Source: Ignavibacteria bacterium (GTDB lineage: Bacteria; Bacteroidota; Ignavibacteria; UBA10030; SZUA-254). From it: DNA of 64,000 nucleotides. Where the stretch lies: contig JACOSX010000017.1 of assembly GCA_016178625.1 (NCBI GenBank), positions 6,213 to 70,212 on the forward strand, given 5' to 3'. Positions 26,645 through 39,300 of the stretch are shown in pieces. Positions within the stretch are counted from its first letter, which is position 1, and every line of letters begins with the position of its first letter. The notes beneath the pieces were generated by a model. That model made no database searches, had not been told where the DNA came from, and was given only the letters and a program-made list of their open reading frames with translations. The position numbers were made by a program, and so were the translations under genes.

Positions 26645-28138
26645 ATGGAGAAAGAAAAATCGGTCGGTATTTGGATTAGAGTCTCGACAGAAGATCAAGC
26701 CAGAGGTGAAAGCCCGGAGCATCACGAGAAGCGCGCCCGCTACTACGCGGAATCGAAGGGATGGTCTATCAAAGAAGTCTATCGTCTTGAGGCGGTTAGT
26801 GGTAAGTCGGTGATGGAACATCCCGAGACGAAACGGATGCTGGCTGACGTACGATCGCACAAGATTACAGGAATTATCTTTTCCAAGTTGGCACGATTAG
26901 CTCGTAACACAAGAGAGCTTCTGGACTTCGCCGATATCTTTCGTGAATGTGACGCAGACCTAGTAAGTTTGCAAGAATCGATTGACACTTCAACCCCAGC
27001 TGGACGGCTCTTCTATACTATGATTGCTGCTATGGCGCAGTGGGAGCGAGAAGAAATAGCGGAACGTGTAGCAGCGTCAGTGCCGATACGTGCCAAGCTT
27101 GGCAAACCCCTCGGAGGTGCTGCTCCGTTTGGATACCAATGGGTAGACAAAAAACTGCTGATTGATCCAAAGGAAGCTCCGGTACGAAAACGAGTCTACG
27201 AACTATTCCTTGAACATCGACGCAAGAGAACGGTCGCCCGTCTACTGAACGAATCAGGATATCGCACCCGGAATGGTGGCCGGTTCTCGGATACCACAGT
27301 GGATCGTCTCTTGCGTGATCCAGTAGCCAAAGGGAAACGCCGAATGAACTATACGAAGAGCTTGGGACAGAAGAAAAAATGGATCATAAAGCCTGAGGAC
27401 GAATGGGTACATATAAATGTTGAGCCGATTGTGAGCGATGAGGTATGGGCACACTGCAACCAAATCCTGGGTGAACAATACCAAAAGCAGAATCGGCGCC
27501 CGGCTGAACACCTTTTTACCGGTATAGTGCTCTGTCACTGCGGTAACAAAATGTACGTCCCACACAAATCGCTGAAGTACACGTGCTACAAATGCCACAA
27601 TAAAATCCCCACCTCTGACTTGGAAGGGATATACCATGAGCAACTGAAAACGTTCTTTTTTTCAAATGACGAAATTTCAACTTACCTGAATAAGGCTGAT
27701 GAACTTATAAATGATCGGCAAAATCTATTCGTTTCACTTGAGGAGGAAGCCAAGAGGCTAAAGCGAGAGATGGACAAGTTGGTCCGACTACACCTTGATG
27801 GAGAGATGCCTAAAGAGGGATTCGGGAACCACTACCGGCCGCTGGAAGACAGGCTGAAACAAATAGAGAATCAACTCCCCGAACTGCAGGGTGAGATCGA
27901 TTACCTCAAAATCCAGTATCTATCAAGCGACGAGGTACTTAGCGAGGCTAAGGATCTACATCAGCGATGGCCTACACTCGAACTTTCTGAAAAAAGAAGT
28001 ATCGTAGAAACAATCACCCAAAAAATAACTATTAGCAATGACGAGGTTTCAATCAATCTATCGTACATGCCATCCTCGGCAGAAATGGCAACAGAAATGC
28101 AACACAACGTCAGGGATTCATTGCACACACCAGCATGA
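26645..28138 (+). CDS. large serine recombinase (resolvase/invertase catalytic domain, recombinase domain, zinc ribbon, coiled coil)
   Basis: [11 protein letters not shown] catalytic-Ser motif, CHCGNKMY...CYKCHNK zinc ribbon; 497 aa; 3' end overlaps the comM remnant. Confidence 0.85.
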   Translation: MEKEKSVGIWIRVSTEDQARGESPEHHEKRARYYAESKGWSIKEVYRLEAVSGKSVMEHPETKRMLADVRSHKITGIIFSKLARLARNTRELLDFADIFRECDADLVSLQESIDTSTPAGRLFYTMIAAMAQWEREEIAERVAASVPIRAKLGKPLGGAAPFGYQWVDKKLLIDPKEAPVRKRVYELFLEHRRKRTVARLLNESGYRTRNGGRFSDTTVDRLLRDPVAKGKRRMNYTKSLGQKKKWIIKPEDEWVHINVEPIVSDEVWAHCNQILGEQYQKQNRRPAEHLFTGIVLCHCGNKMYVPHKSLKYTCYKCHNKIPTSDLEGIYHEQLKTFFFSNDEISTYLNKADELINDRQNLFVSLEEEAKRLKREMDKLVRLHLDGEMPKEGFGNHYRPLEDRLKQIENQLPELQGEIDYLKIQYLSSDEVLSEAKDLHQRWPTLELSEKRSIVETITQKITISNDEVSINLSYMPSSAEMATEMQHNVRDSLHTPA

Positions 28139-29171
28139 AGTTGGCTGGATAATCGATCGACATTTTCGACCGGCTGATCGTAACGTGAGCATCCTCCAGA
28201 GGTTGACGAAGAACTTCGAGGACGTTGCGGGCGAATTCCGGAAGCTCATCGAGAAATAACACGCCATGGTAAGAAAGAGAAATCTCGCCCGGTCGAGGCA
28301 CTGTTCCACCGCCGACAAGAGCGCTATCGGAGATTGTATGATGCGGAGAGCGGAATGGACGCGTTGAGATCAGCGCTGAGTCGGGCGGCAACAGACCGGC
28401 GACAGAATGAATCTTGGTTGTCTCAATCGCCTCGTCAAATGTGAGAGGGGGGAGAATGGTTGGCAAGCGTTTGGCAAGCATAGTTTTCCCGGACCCGGGC
28501 GGACCGATCATGATGATGTTATGTCCCCCTGCAGCAGCTACCTCCAGAGCGCGCTTCACATTCTCCTGTCCTTTGACATCGTCAAAGTCGATTGGATATC
28601 GCTGATCCTGATTGAACACTTCACGGAGATCAACACGAAACGGCTTGAGCATTGTGTGTTCGCCATTGAGGAAGGAGACCGTTTCAACAAGAGACTCCAT
28701 CGGATAGACTTCAAGTTCTCCGACCATCGCCGCTTCCTTCGCGTTCTCTCGTGGAACGATCATGCCGCGGATGCCATTCTTTCTTACCTCAACCGCGATC
28801 GGCAGGGTTCCATGCACGGGGCGGAGAGTGCCGTCGAGAGCGAGTTCCCCGAGCATGACGAAGTCTTTCAATATGTCGGGAAGTACTTGGCCTGTCGCCG
28901 CGAGAATACCAACGGCGATCGGGAGATCGAACGCCGAGCCTTCTTTCTTAATGTCGGCAGGCGCGAGGTTCACCGTGATGCGTTGACCCGGAGGGAATCG
29001 AAAGCCTGTTGTTTTAATGGCTGCATAGACGCGATCGCGGCTCTCCTTCACGGCATTATCCGGCAATCCAACAACATTAAACGCATTGCTGGATGCCACA
29101 ATGTGTGTCTCTACCTGAATGAGATGTGCCTTGATGCCTATTGTTGAAGCGCTGAGTGCGTGAGAAAACAT
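28110..29171 (-). pseudogene. comM: comM/yifB Mg-chelatase-like AAA+ gene, truncated after the ...LVCAMNP sensor motif (C-terminal third missing)
   Basis: N-terminal [21 protein letters not shown], Walker A GPPGSGKT, Walker [10 protein letters not shown]; ends at AMNP, where full-length ComM continues with a Cys-rich region. Confidence 0.7.
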
Positions 29172-29237
29172 AGGAACAATTCCTCCCGGAAGTTCTTTCA
29201 ACATACGGAACGGATGAATGAACTGCAACTCGAAAAA

Positions 29238-29290
29238 ACGAAACTCCGACTTCCACTGAATCTGAAAGCCGGAGTTTCTTTTTGGGGGGC
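29238..29290 (-). terminator. Rho-independent terminator after the giant PKD/T9SS gene
   Basis: AAACTCCG...CGGAGTTT hairpin; rc followed by CGTTTTTTCG; plus-strand side has CTTTTTGG. Confidence 0.55.
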
Positions 29291-29298
29291 GAATATGC

Positions 29299-32200
29299 TT
29301 ACTTCATGAACAGCATCTTCCTCACGCTCATGAATCGCTGGCCCGGCGTACCTTCCTCATCGTCACCGATACTCTCGGCTGTGAGATGATAGAAGTACAC
29401 TCCCGAAGAAAGGCTGCCCGCATCGAACAGCACTTCCTGTGTTCCATCGTCCACTAACTCGTGGTTCAGTAATCGTGCAACTTCCTGACCGAGCACATTG
29501 TAAATCTTCAGGGTGACAAATGCCCGTTCAGGGAGATAGAACTGAATCGTCGTCGTTGGGTTGAACGGATTGGGATAGTTCTGCTCAAGCGTGAAGACAT
29601 CAGGTTGCTCTTCAATAACCTGACGGGGAGTATTCTTCGGCGATGTTCCACCTATCCGTATGAGGAATGGAACTTCGGAGAGCGCCTTCGTGCCGGTGAG
29701 AGCGAGTTTGTTGGCAACCATCCATGTGGCTGTGTCTTGCGCCGTCAGAGGCAGCGCACCGGCGAATGCAGCATTGATGGTTGTTATGATTGCGTCAAGA
29801 TCGGCATACTCCTGATAGGAGACACCTTCCCAGTTTGTGAGCATCGAGTCTGCCATCTCTGCAATCATCCCGACTGTACATTCGGGTCCATCGACGAACC
29901 ACGGTGAGCCGCCGGCTGGTGGTAAGTACACCAGATCACCAAAACCCGTCGGAGTTTTCCTGAATTCGCTGGCAGCGATATTGATCTTTAGCGCAAGAAG
30001 ATTCGCAAGGAAATGATTGTTATGCTTGATTGCCGGTACGCTCTTTTGTCGTTTCAAGATCGGCTTGCCTTTGACATCGAAGTCAAGACCACGAGGTGTT
30101 CCGGTGTGTGGAACGCCTTTGGTGTTGAATGTCTTGAAGACGTCGGACTGCTTCGCCGGATGCAAGTATCCCTTGATCTTCTGACCGCTATTCAGTTGAT
30201 TCGGGAGACCCGCAATCAACATACCACCTTGTCGCAAGACTTCGTCGATGACGTTGGCAGTGTTCGGCAGGGGGACAGGTTTGCCGGGCTTCGGCCGCTT
30301 GACCGGTTTTGCTTGATCGCTTTGCGCAAGCTGTTCCGGTGTGAACGTACGGAATCTCACAGTTGTATCCGGCTTGAAGACATTCAGGAATAATATCGTC
30401 GCCCCGCCTGTTGAATCGGCGATATCAACGATCACTGAGTCTGCATTGTCCGAACGTAGAGTATCGTTGACATACACGCGGTCAAATAGGTAGTTTGCTA
30501 CCGGGAAACGCCGGATAGCATACTTCCCTTTGTAGCAAATCGGAAGAGCTACATTGTCCGTCAGAATTCCAGAGAATACCGATTGGAATGGTGTGGTTGG
30601 ATCACTCTGGTACGAAATGCTGATGGGCCAAGGATAACAAATCGGCAGGATAATTGACGGTGTCAGCACGGGAACCTGAGGCACGCCAACCGTATCGTGA
30701 CTCAACCAAATATGGATCCATTTGAATCGGTTGCCGAAATCGAGACCCATGATTGACTGGCTGTCTTTAACAGTCACACAATAATAGGGTGGACTGATTG
30801 GCCAGGTCTGCTGCCAGCCTGGTCTGTGCTCTTCGTACACACAATAGCATCCGCAAGGTATATTCATGAAGCAATAGAAGCCGGCAGAGTCTGTTAAGGT
30901 GCATGCTACTGTGTCTTTACCGGGATATCCATCGGAATTGCACTTTACAAGACAGATCCTCCAATTCGGGATTCCGAACTCGGTGCCGTAGTTGAACTTG
31001 TGGTTGCCGTTTTTGTCGTTCCATTTCCTGCCATAGATGCGTCCCTTACAACTGTCGCAGTCCTTGAGTGTCAGATGATACACGTTCGACGTATCTTTAC
31101 AGAAGGAAGGACCTGGACCTGTGAGGATGAGCGAATAGTTTCCGCTTCCGACTGGTGTCAGTGTATCATTCGTGCCGTTGGTTGGTGAAATTGGATTTCC
31201 ATTGAACAACCATTGATAGGTATAGTATCCAATGTAAGGACCAACTGGGCCGGGAATTTTTACGGTATCGCATAGCGTATCGCATCCGAAAGGAAACAGC
31301 GTAAAATCCGGATCAGTGGATAACGTTACAGTGATGCTTGCGCTGCTTGTGCATCCGTTTGGATCAGTATAGGTAACCGTGTAGACTCCCGAAGTGTGGA
31401 CGGTGATGCTCTGGCTCGTCGCACCGGTATTCCAGAGATTGTTTGTCGCATACGAGCTGGTCAATGTCACGGAATCGCCCTTGCAAAACGTCGTTGGACC
31501 GCTGGCAGTAATTACAGGAGGTAGCGGAACACCATACACGTTGATTGTAATTGGTGCAGATGTCGCAAAACATCCGGTGCTCGGGTCTGTTACCGTTACA
31601 GAGAATGTATACGCGCCAGGGGTGTTGGAAAAGAAGAAGAGCGTCTGATTCGTTGAGGCGTCGGACCAGAGGTAGGTGTATGGACCAGCCGGTGCGGAAA
31701 GTATGACGAAACCACTACCGCAGATAGTCTGAGAACCATTCACAGTAATCACCGCTGGCGGCAACGGGTTTACAATCACAACGACAGGTTGGGTTGTGCA
31801 CTTACAACCGGTAGCCGGATCCGTGACAATGACAGTGTAGCTGCCCGGTTGCGTCGCAACGTAAGATTGGGAGGTTGCGCCTGAGATATTTGTTCCATTG
31901 AGCAGCCACTGGTACGCGCTGCCGGATGTTGCCGTAAGTACTACTGATCCTCCTGCGCAGAATGGCGGAGGATTGGAAGGTGAGATCGAGCACGTGTTAC
32001 TCGGCGCATAGATCGTGATCGTGTGTGTGACCGTATCTGCACAGCCGGTAGCATCCTTGACAATCAGCGTTACGGTATACGTTCCGGCTGCACTCCACGC
32101 GTGAGACGTATTTTGCAGTGCCGAGGTTGCCCCGTCTCCGAAATCCCACGACCATGAGAATGCGGGTCCTGCAGACATCGGAATATCATCGCCCAGGCAT

Positions 32201-35190
32201 GCTGTCGCAGGAAGTGAGAATGCGGCTGATGGTGGCGATGTAATGGTTACCGGAATCGTGATCGTCGACGTGCAGCTTCCGTTCGATATTGTGAGAGTCA
32301 CGTTATGGATGCCGGGCGAAGAGAATGTGACCGTCGGTGGATTCTGTCCGATAAATGATGAAGGGGTGCCGCCGAGGAATGTCCACGACCATGAGGTGAT
32401 ACTCGTGCCCGACACATACGTCGAGATGTCGGTGAAATTCACCGAACCACATGTTGTGACGAAGCTGAAGTTCGCGGCTATGGGTATCAGAATAGTCTTT
32501 GTTGTGCAGACTTGACAAGTTCCAGAAGGTACGGCTGGAACCGAACCACACACTGTTACCTGGTAATAGCCCGCCTGTGCGTAGACGTGAGTGGGACTCG
32601 ACCCGCTTCCAGTTCCGCCATCACCAAACGTCCAACTGAAACCACTCACGTTCGATGAGATTTCATTGAACTGGATGTTGTTGCACTCACCGCTGATGTT
32701 ACTCGTCGTAAAATCGAGCGTGTAAGATTGTGGAGTGCAGGGTGTTGGAGGAGGGCACGGTCCCGCCGTGATCGTGATAACGTTTGATGTATCCTTGCAT
32801 CCGTTGGCATCAGTGACGATGACGGTATAGCTTCCCGTCTGGGTTGCAGTGTATGTAGCGGATGTCGCGCTGGGGATGTTAACCCCATTTAATTGCCATT
32901 GATATGAATATCCAGTGCCTACAAGTGCATATAATGTGGTATTGATGGTCGGGGTCGGCGGGGTGCAGAAATTTATCGGATCCGGTGTAGAAATGCTCGC
33001 GGTTGGGCCCGGTGTGTGCGGAACATCGATGCACACTGAGGCGGTACAACCTGCTGCAGTCGTGACCGTCACGCAATACTGTCCGCTCGATGTCACGATG
33101 ATGGACTGCGTGTTGGCGCCATTCGACCAAGCATAGGAGGCGAAACTTGGGTTCACCGTGAGGATAACCGAGCCACCCGGATCGCAAACATGTCCCGTCA
33201 TCGAGATCGTCGGTGTTGGTTTGGGATTGATTGTCACGGGGAAGTTATATGTCATGCCGCAAACGGAAAGATGAACGACAGCAGTTCCGCCCGGTCCGTG
33301 CCAAAGCACGGAGATTGTACTCGTGCCTTGTCCGCCTGTAATAGATCCCGCTGATGACAAATTACCAAACCCATCTTCAATCGTCCACACATAGTTGATA
33401 TTGGGATTTGGAGATCCAACCGTATATGCGACGGTTTGATCCATGCAGACGGTACTTGGTCCGCTGATCGATGAGATTGCCAGGACGTTGACAGGCAGAC
33501 TGATCGGCGGTGACTTACAGAATGGTGGAGTGGTCATTACCTGTTGCACGGAGATCGTTCCCGATCCAGTCCACTGCACGGTGACACTCGCTCCGGTATT
33601 CGAACCAATGATCGTGCCGCCTGTGACTGACCAGAGATATGTGAATCCAGTACCAGAAGGAGTTACGGTATATTGGTATGTGAAACTCCCTCCCGTACAC
33701 ACTGTCTGTGGGCCGACGATAGCAACCGCGGGAGGTACCGCCACCACTGTTACTACTTGTGACGCGCTCGCGTTGCACCATGCATTTGGATTCACCGGTG
33801 TTGCTGTGACGGTTTGGGTGCCTGCGCTTGTCCAGACAATTGTTCCTGACGTTGTGCCGTTACCTGCAATGACCGTTCCGCCAGTTGCTGACCAGTTCGC
33901 GTTGTCGTTCGCGTAGAAAGTAGAGGTGTCTCCTACACAGAAAGGACCTGGTTGTCCGGCCATAATAAACTCTGGTTTCACCTTCACTTTGATGGTGTCG
34001 GCGCCACCACAACCAAGCAGAATATTATTCCAAGTAGCGATGATGAAGCAATTACCCGGGGTAGTTGGCCAGTTGATTTGTATCGTATAGTTATTTGGAT
34101 TTGTGATGATTGTGCCGCAAGTTGTCGTCCATGTGTAGTATGTACCGGGCCACAAGGGGAGCGTGTAAATAGAAGTTGATCCGGGACAGACAGTCGTTGG
34201 GCCACTGATCGGGCCATTGTTATTGATAATCGGAACGATCACCGTTGTTGTATCCTGACATACGTTTGTGCATCCGGTGACGTAGAGTGAAATGGTCCCT
34301 TGCGGACCCGAGCCCCATTGTACACAGATACTTTGAGTGTTCCCCGGAGGAAGGATCGTTCCACCATTGACAATCCAATGGTACACAGGAGTTGTGCAGC
34401 CTGGTGGCAACGTTGCGGAGTAACAAGCCTTGGCACCTGCGCAGACGGTTGCCGGACATTCAATGCCCGGTCCCTCGAGATTACTCACGGTGATGGTATG
34501 TGTAACGGAATCTGAACAGCCGCACTTGTTGTACGCTACCAGCGTGACCGTGTATGTGCCGGCGACCAAGTATGAATTTGAAGGATTGACCTGCGTGGAA
34601 GTGTTGCCGTCGCCGAAGTTCCAAAAATATGAGATGGCATTGATCGATTGGTTGATAAAGTTGACGACTTGCTTCTTACAGACGCTACTTGGTGCGCTGA
34701 ATGCGGCGATAGGGGAGTTGATGATTTTCACGCACCGCTCGTCTTTGCCGACACAGTGGTTCGTATCAGTCTCAACGACGGTGATCTGCCCTGAACCCGC
34801 CGATCCCCAGAGCACGGTAACGCAGTTGCTCGTCGAACTGCCGATGATCGTTCCCCCAGAGACAGTCCACACATACGTGTTGCCCAGATGAAGCGCGACG
34901 CAATATGTCGCATATTGGTTCTCACAGGCGATGAGGCAGCCACCTTTGTGGTCTGGTCCCCCCACAGTACCTTGCGTCGTATCGAGACAACTCGAATCAG
35001 CCTGGAACGACGAGACGATTGTCGGATGCGGTGGTATGCTATTGGGAGGACAATTCTGGCTCAATCCTCCGGCAACGCACAAAAGTATCAGAATGAACGC
35101 GCTGAACAGTGCCCAACTTGTTTTCATATTGGTTCCTTTCTTGAAATTGGACCGTGAAAAAATGTCGATTAGTGTGTTCGTCTTAATCAT
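29299..35190 (-). CDS. 1963-aa secreted PKD/Ig-like repeat protein with a T9SS C-terminal sorting domain
   Basis: Signal peptide, many PKD-like units (WNFGDGNTS...[11 protein letters not shown]), C-terminal [14 protein letters not shown]...GVYFYHL...KMLFMK. Confidence 0.8.
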   Translation of the reverse strand: MIKTNTLIDIFSRSNFKKGTNMKTSWALFSAFILILLCVAGGLSQNCPPNSIPPHPTIVSSFQADSSCLDTTQGTVGGPDHKGGCLIACENQYATYCVALHLGNTYVWTVSGGTIIGSSTSNCVTVLWGSAGSGQITVVETDTNHCVGKDERCVKIINSPIAAFSAPSSVCKKQVVNFINQSINAISYFWNFGDGNTSTQVNPSNSYLVAGTYTVTLVAYNKCGCSDSVTHTITVSNLEGPGIECPATVCAGAKACYSATLPPGCTTPVYHWIVNGGTILPPGNTQSICVQWGSGPQGTISLYVTGCTNVCQDTTTVIVPIINNNGPISGPTTVCPGSTSIYTLPLWPGTYYTWTTTCGTIITNPNNYTIQINWPTTPGNCFIIATWNNILLGCGGADTIKVKVKPEFIMAGQPGPFCVGDTSTFYANDNANWSATGGTVIAGNGTTSGTIVWTSAGTQTVTATPVNPNAWCNASASQVVTVVAVPPAVAIVGPQTVCTGGSFTYQYTVTPSGTGFTYLWSVTGGTIIGSNTGASVTVQWTGSGTISVQQVMTTPPFCKSPPISLPVNVLAISSISGPSTVCMDQTVAYTVGSPNPNINYVWTIEDGFGNLSSAGSITGGQGTSTISVLWHGPGGTAVVHLSVCGMTYNFPVTINPKPTPTISMTGHVCDPGGSVILTVNPSFASYAWSNGANTQSIIVTSSGQYCVTVTTAAGCTASVCIDVPHTPGPTASISTPDPINFCTPPTPTINTTLYALVGTGYSYQWQLNGVNIPSATSATYTATQTGSYTVIVTDANGCKDTSNVITITAGPCPPPTPCTPQSYTLDFTTSNISGECNNIQFNEISSNVSGFSWTFGDGGTGSGSSPTHVYAQAGYYQVTVCGSVPAVPSGTCQVCTTKTILIPIAANFSFVTTCGSVNFTDISTYVSGTSITSWSWTFLGGTPSSFIGQNPPTVTFSSPGIHNVTLTISNGSCTSTITIPVTITSPPSAAFSLPATACLGDDIPMSAGPAFSWSWDFGDGATSALQNTSHAWSAAGTYTVTLIVKDATGCADTVTHTITIYAPSNTCSISPSNPPPFCAGGSVVLTATSGSAYQWLLNGTNISGATSQSYVATQPGSYTVIVTDPATGCKCTTQPVVVIVNPLPPAVITVNGSQTICGSGFVILSAPAGPYTYLWSDASTNQTLFFFSNTPGAYTFSVTVTDPSTGCFATSAPITINVYGVPLPPVITASGPTTFCKGDSVTLTSSYATNNLWNTGATSQSITVHTSGVYTVTYTDPNGCTSSASITVTLSTDPDFTLFPFGCDTLCDTVKIPGPVGPYIGYYTYQWLFNGNPISPTNGTNDTLTPVGSGNYSLILTGPGPSFCKDTSNVYHLTLKDCDSCKGRIYGRKWNDKNGNHKFNYGTEFGIPNWRICLVKCNSDGYPGKDTVACTLTDSAGFYCFMNIPCGCYCVYEEHRPGWQQTWPISPPYYCVTVKDSQSIMGLDFGNRFKWIHIWLSHDTVGVPQVPVLTPSIILPICYPWPISISYQSDPTTPFQSVFSGILTDNVALPICYKGKYAIRRFPVANYLFDRVYVNDTLRSDNADSVIVDIADSTGGATILFLNVFKPDTTVRFRTFTPEQLAQSDQAKPVKRPKPGKPVPLPNTANVIDEVLRQGGMLIAGLPNQLNSGQKIKGYLHPAKQSDVFKTFNTKGVPHTGTPRGLDFDVKGKPILKRQKSVPAIKHNNHFLANLLALKINIAASEFRKTPTGFGDLVYLPPAGGSPWFVDGPECTVGMIAEMADSMLTNWEGVSYQEYADLDAIITTINAAFAGALPLTAQDTATWMVANKLALTGTKALSEVPFLIRIGGTSPKNTPRQVIEEQPDVFTLEQNYPNPFNPTTTIQFYLPERAFVTLKIYNVLGQEVARLLNHELVDDGTQEVLFDAGSLSSGVYFYHLTAESIGDDEEGTPGQRFMSVRKMLFMK

Positions 35191-35213
35191 TGTAGGAGGT
35201 CTATTTCCCGATT

Positions 35214-35507
35214 ACGATTCTCTTTGTATCCACAAAACATTTTCCGCCCGATTCGACTTCCAGCCGGTAGAAATACACTCCATCAGCAAAGCCACGCGTT
35301 GTGAAATCAACGACATGTATACCCGTTTCATACAAGGTGTGATCGATCAGCATCGAGATCTCCAGACCATCTTTGTCGAACAGAGTGAGTGTAACATACG
35401 CCTCGAAAGGCAGATTGAACTCTATACCCGATGGCTCAAAAGGATTCGGATACGTAGGTCGCGATGTAAATTCAGTCTTGATAAGTGATACCCCTATAAG
35501 GTCAGTT
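35214..35507 (-). pseudogene. orphan T9SS C-terminal sorting-domain fragment without a start codon
   Basis: Translates to ...TYPNPFEPSGIEFNLPFEAYVTLTLFDKDGLEI...GVYFYRLEVESGGKCFVDTKRIVIGK*, open from an upstream stop with no Met before the domain. Confidence 0.55.
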
Positions 35508-35688
35508 TTAAACTGTTACCATAATACACGGTAATTGAAGAAAGGTCAATCGTGGAATCCATGATTTTGGGGTTTAAAATTCATGACTTCAGAAGATATG
35601 GGTGGAAGGAAGAAGGTAGGAGGGGAGTATACTCTGTCTGCTTCCGGCAGTCAGAGTCAAATGATCTCAGTTCACCCGCCGTAGTGGA

Positions 35689-36339
35689 TTATTCCAGCGA
35701 GGTCAGACCTTCTCTGATAGCGTACTTCGTCAGCTCGGCGACTGTGAAGAGGTTGAGTTTTTCCATGATGTGTTGCCGATGTGTGTCGATTGTAGGGATA
35801 CTGACATGCAGGATGGTGGCGATCTCTTTTGTCGATGTTCCCTCGGCGATGAGTTGCAATATCTCACGCTCTTTCGGCGTGAGGGGAGCCGACTCTGATG
35901 ACTTTGCCGATGAGAGGTGACGCAGGTAATCCTGAATCACAACGCCGGCAACGTCAGGACTTACGAAGATCTTATTCGATAAGACTGTTTGGATTGCTTG
36001 GTGCAATTCATCGAGGGCACAGTGCTTCAATAAATATCCTGATGCACCTGCATTAAGCATCTCCGCGACGTATCGCTTGTCGGAGTGCATTGAGAGTGCA
36101 ATCACCTTGATGTTTGGCAGTTCGCTGAGGATCTGACGTGTCGCCTCGATGCCATTGAGATCCGGCATTGTGATATCGATAATTACGATGTCAGGATGTA
36201 GCGTTTTCGCTAATTCAACACTTGTTCTTCCATTTTCTGCCTGACCCACGACGGTCATATGGAGTTCGTTCTCAAGGATACTCCGGAGTCCTTCGCGAAC
36301 AATCTTGTGGTCGTCTGCCAAGAGAACACGCGTATTCAT
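35689..36339 (-). CDS. NarL/FixJ-type response regulator (receiver plus LuxR HTH)
   Basis: LLADDHKIVREG...IIDITMPDLNG receiver; LTPKEREILQLIAEGTSTKEIA LuxR HTH. Confidence 0.85.
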   Translation of the reverse strand: MNTRVLLADDHKIVREGLRSILENELHMTVVGQAENGRTSVELAKTLHPDIVIIDITMPDLNGIEATRQILSELPNIKVIALSMHSDKRYVAEMLNAGASGYLLKHCALDELHQAIQTVLSNKIFVSPDVAGVVIQDYLRHLSSAKSSESAPLTPKEREILQLIAEGTSTKEIATILHVSIPTIDTHRQHIMEKLNLFTVAELTKYAIREGLTSLE

Positions 36340-39300
36340 GAATGAATATCCCTTCTCGTATCTGGTTGCGGGTTCGATCTGTCGGTACTGACTCCATCAA
36401 CGTTCAGCGGAGCTTTTATCGTCACAGTCGTTCCTGCATGGGGCCATGATGAGATCTCAACTTTTCCACCGAGATAGGCGAGTCGCTCGCGGATATTGAA
36501 TAAGCCGAACCCACCACCGGCATCTGTGCTATTTGTTTGTGCCGAGCTGTCGAACCCTATGCCGTTGTCCTGAATATCTATTCTTATATTCGTATTCTCC
36601 TTCAAAACGCCCACGGTGACTCGTTGGGCATTAGCGTGCTTGATCACGTTCATAAATACCTCTCGCACTGCCTGGAACAAGACGATGCGTAGTTCGTCTA
36701 CGACCGGTTTCGCCTGTTTGTCATCAATAAATCGGAATTCGATCTTGTGCTGTTGTTGCATTTGCTCGCTCAGCCATTCGATAGCTGCCTCGAGGCTAAG
36801 CTCATAAAGGATAGGTGGACAGAGCTCGAACGTCAATGATTGTGTATCATAAATCGATTGCTCGACCAGTTCGCGCAACTCCTGAAGTAAGGTAGTGCCG
36901 TTTCCTAAGGAAACAGACCGTTGTAATGAGCGAATCTTTATTTTGCAGAGGGCAAGTGTTTGTCCGATTACATCATGAAGATATGATGCCATTTGCCGAC
37001 GTTCGCGTTCCTCGGTCAAAGAAAGTTCAGAAGCGAGTAGCCGTAGTTTCTCTTCGGCTTGTTTTCTCTCGGTGATATCCAGTGCTGTTCCGAGGCGCAC
37101 CGGGATACCTTGGAACTTAATCCATCCCGAAGTGAAATCGACCCACCGGATATCGCCCCGTTTGGTCGTGATTTTGTATTCGTACCGACTGGGGACCGAC
37201 GTGTTGCCTGAACGGTCCATCTCGCGTACTCGCAACAACTCTTGGTCAGACGGATGAACGATATCGAAAAGATCTTTACCGAGGAGCTCTGCTTTCGAAT
37301 AACCGGTCAGGATTTCTGCACCCGAGTTCACGAAGAGAAGTTTCGATTTGTGGTACATCCAAATCGCCGTTGGAGTCATCTCCGCTACAGTCCGGAATTT
37401 TTCCTCACTCTTCCGAAGCTCAAGATCGTGCTGTCTTTTCCGGCTTAGAATCGTAAAACCAAGAACAATCACGATGAGTGTGAGGGCTCCCGTTGGGATG
37501 AGAAAGAAGGGACGGAGATGCAGAGGCAATGGGATCGAGAATGAACCTCGAGCACCTTCTTCATCGAAATTGCCGAACAATCCTTTTGCCTGCACTTGAT
37601 AAACATAGTCTCCCGGCATGAGGTCGCGAAGTATGATTTCATATTTCTTCTCCCACGCGGACCAGGATCCGTCGTTAATTCTTATTCGTGTGAGAACGTC
37701 TGAGGGTGAAAGCTCACCCAAATACGCGAATGCTTTCCATCGCAATACAACATTCTTGCCTTCCATGAGCGGCTTGTCGAGTAAAATTCTCGGGTTTGGT
37801 GTCGTGCTCTCATCGCGGTGCAGGATCGCGACTCCTTTTCCCATTGTTCCAACGTACACTTCGTCTTTCAATGGGAGGACGGGCCACAATGAAAGTTGCC
37901 GTAATCCAGATTTCTCATCAAAAGTAGACCAAACCCCGTGATCGTAGCAAGAAAGTCCACCCCTTGTCGTGATCCAGAGTTTTCCAAAGTCATCTGCCTT
38001 TAAGTCCCATATCTTATCGTTGATCAAGCCGTCTGCAGTTGTCAGGTAACGAACAGAATCGTTTGGATCAATGAAGGCAAGCCCATTACGTTCGTTACGG
38101 TCACCGAACCAAACGGTGTTCTTGTCATCAATGTCAAGCGTAAAAACTCTCAAGGAGTGTAATCCCTGGTTCGTCGTCCAGTGTGTCCACTCGCCGTTCC
38201 GCCATCGACTCAGTCCCCCGAACGTGCCGAACCACCGTGTGCCGTCCTTCCCTTCTGCGAATGAATAGACTCTGCCGTTGATCAATCCTTCATCTGTTCC
38301 CCATCGAGTGAAATGACCCTTTTCCAAAACATAAGCACCCGGCTGTTTGTCTTCGAGAGGTGGATAGTACTTTCCGATGCCGAGGAACCATAATCTTCCC
38401 TTACGGTCTTTTCGAATCTTGTGGATTCTGATTCCGCCGGGATCGTCGCTCACATTGTAATGCTTCCACTGCGATCCGTCCCAGCGATACGCTCCAGAGA
38501 AGGATGATCCGCTTGAAACCCACATATTACCGTCAGCGTCTTCATTCAGACCAGTGATCACATACAAGGGTTTACGATTCATCGCGTTGATCATTTCAAC
38601 CGTTCCATTGCTGTGATGGACTTCTATCCCATCACTTGTACCTACCCATAAGCTGCCATCGTGAGCTTTGAAAAGCTCATTAACAGAGTTTCGAAGATCG
38701 GGGGACTCATGTCTCCAATAGGTCCAGCGCGACGAAGATCGTTTGTACAGAAAGAGTCCGTGCTCCGTTGCAATCCACAGATCACCGTTGGCCCGAATTG
38801 TTACGGTGAGAATCTCTCGGATTTGTGATTGTCCGAGGATGAGGGGGTGCCATATACCTTCACGTCGAATTCGCAGTTCGTCGGATTGATAAACAGCGAT
38901 CGCCTCATCATTCGGTCCGATATCAAGTGACTTGATATTGTCAACCTTCTCGCTGCGGTCGTGAAGTAGGGGAGAGTTCTTCTGCCATTCCCACAAGCCT
39001 CTCTTCTCGGACGGGAAATTAACCCATGCGATCCCACTTCCTCGTGCGTTTTCCACCACGCCCATTACTCCGATGATTGTGGAATCTGCTTTCATCTTGC
39101 ATTTCCACGACCCATCTTCCCGCTTGTATAATCCATCAACAAAGCTTGCCCAGATTCCTCCCCCGAGAGTTCTCCAGAGGCTCATGCTTTTTCCTTCGGT
39201 GAGAGCGCTCCCTGGCTCAAAAGGTTTCAGGTGGTTGTTCTCATATTGAAAGAGGCTGGCGTTTTCTTGGGCGAGGATTGATCGTCCTGAAAAGGGAATT

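Noticed and set aside
28407-29147. 246-aa plus-strand ORF (and the ORFs at 28414..28605 and 28762..28986)
   Set aside because: They lie antisense within the well-supported comM/yifB coding sequence and have Arg/Cys-rich compositions typical of antisense frames
29605-35157. Numerous 60 to 185-aa ORFs on the plus strand inside the PKD giant gene
   Set aside because: All are antisense to a continuous 1963-aa ORF with clear PKD domains and a T9SS sorting domain; no independent support
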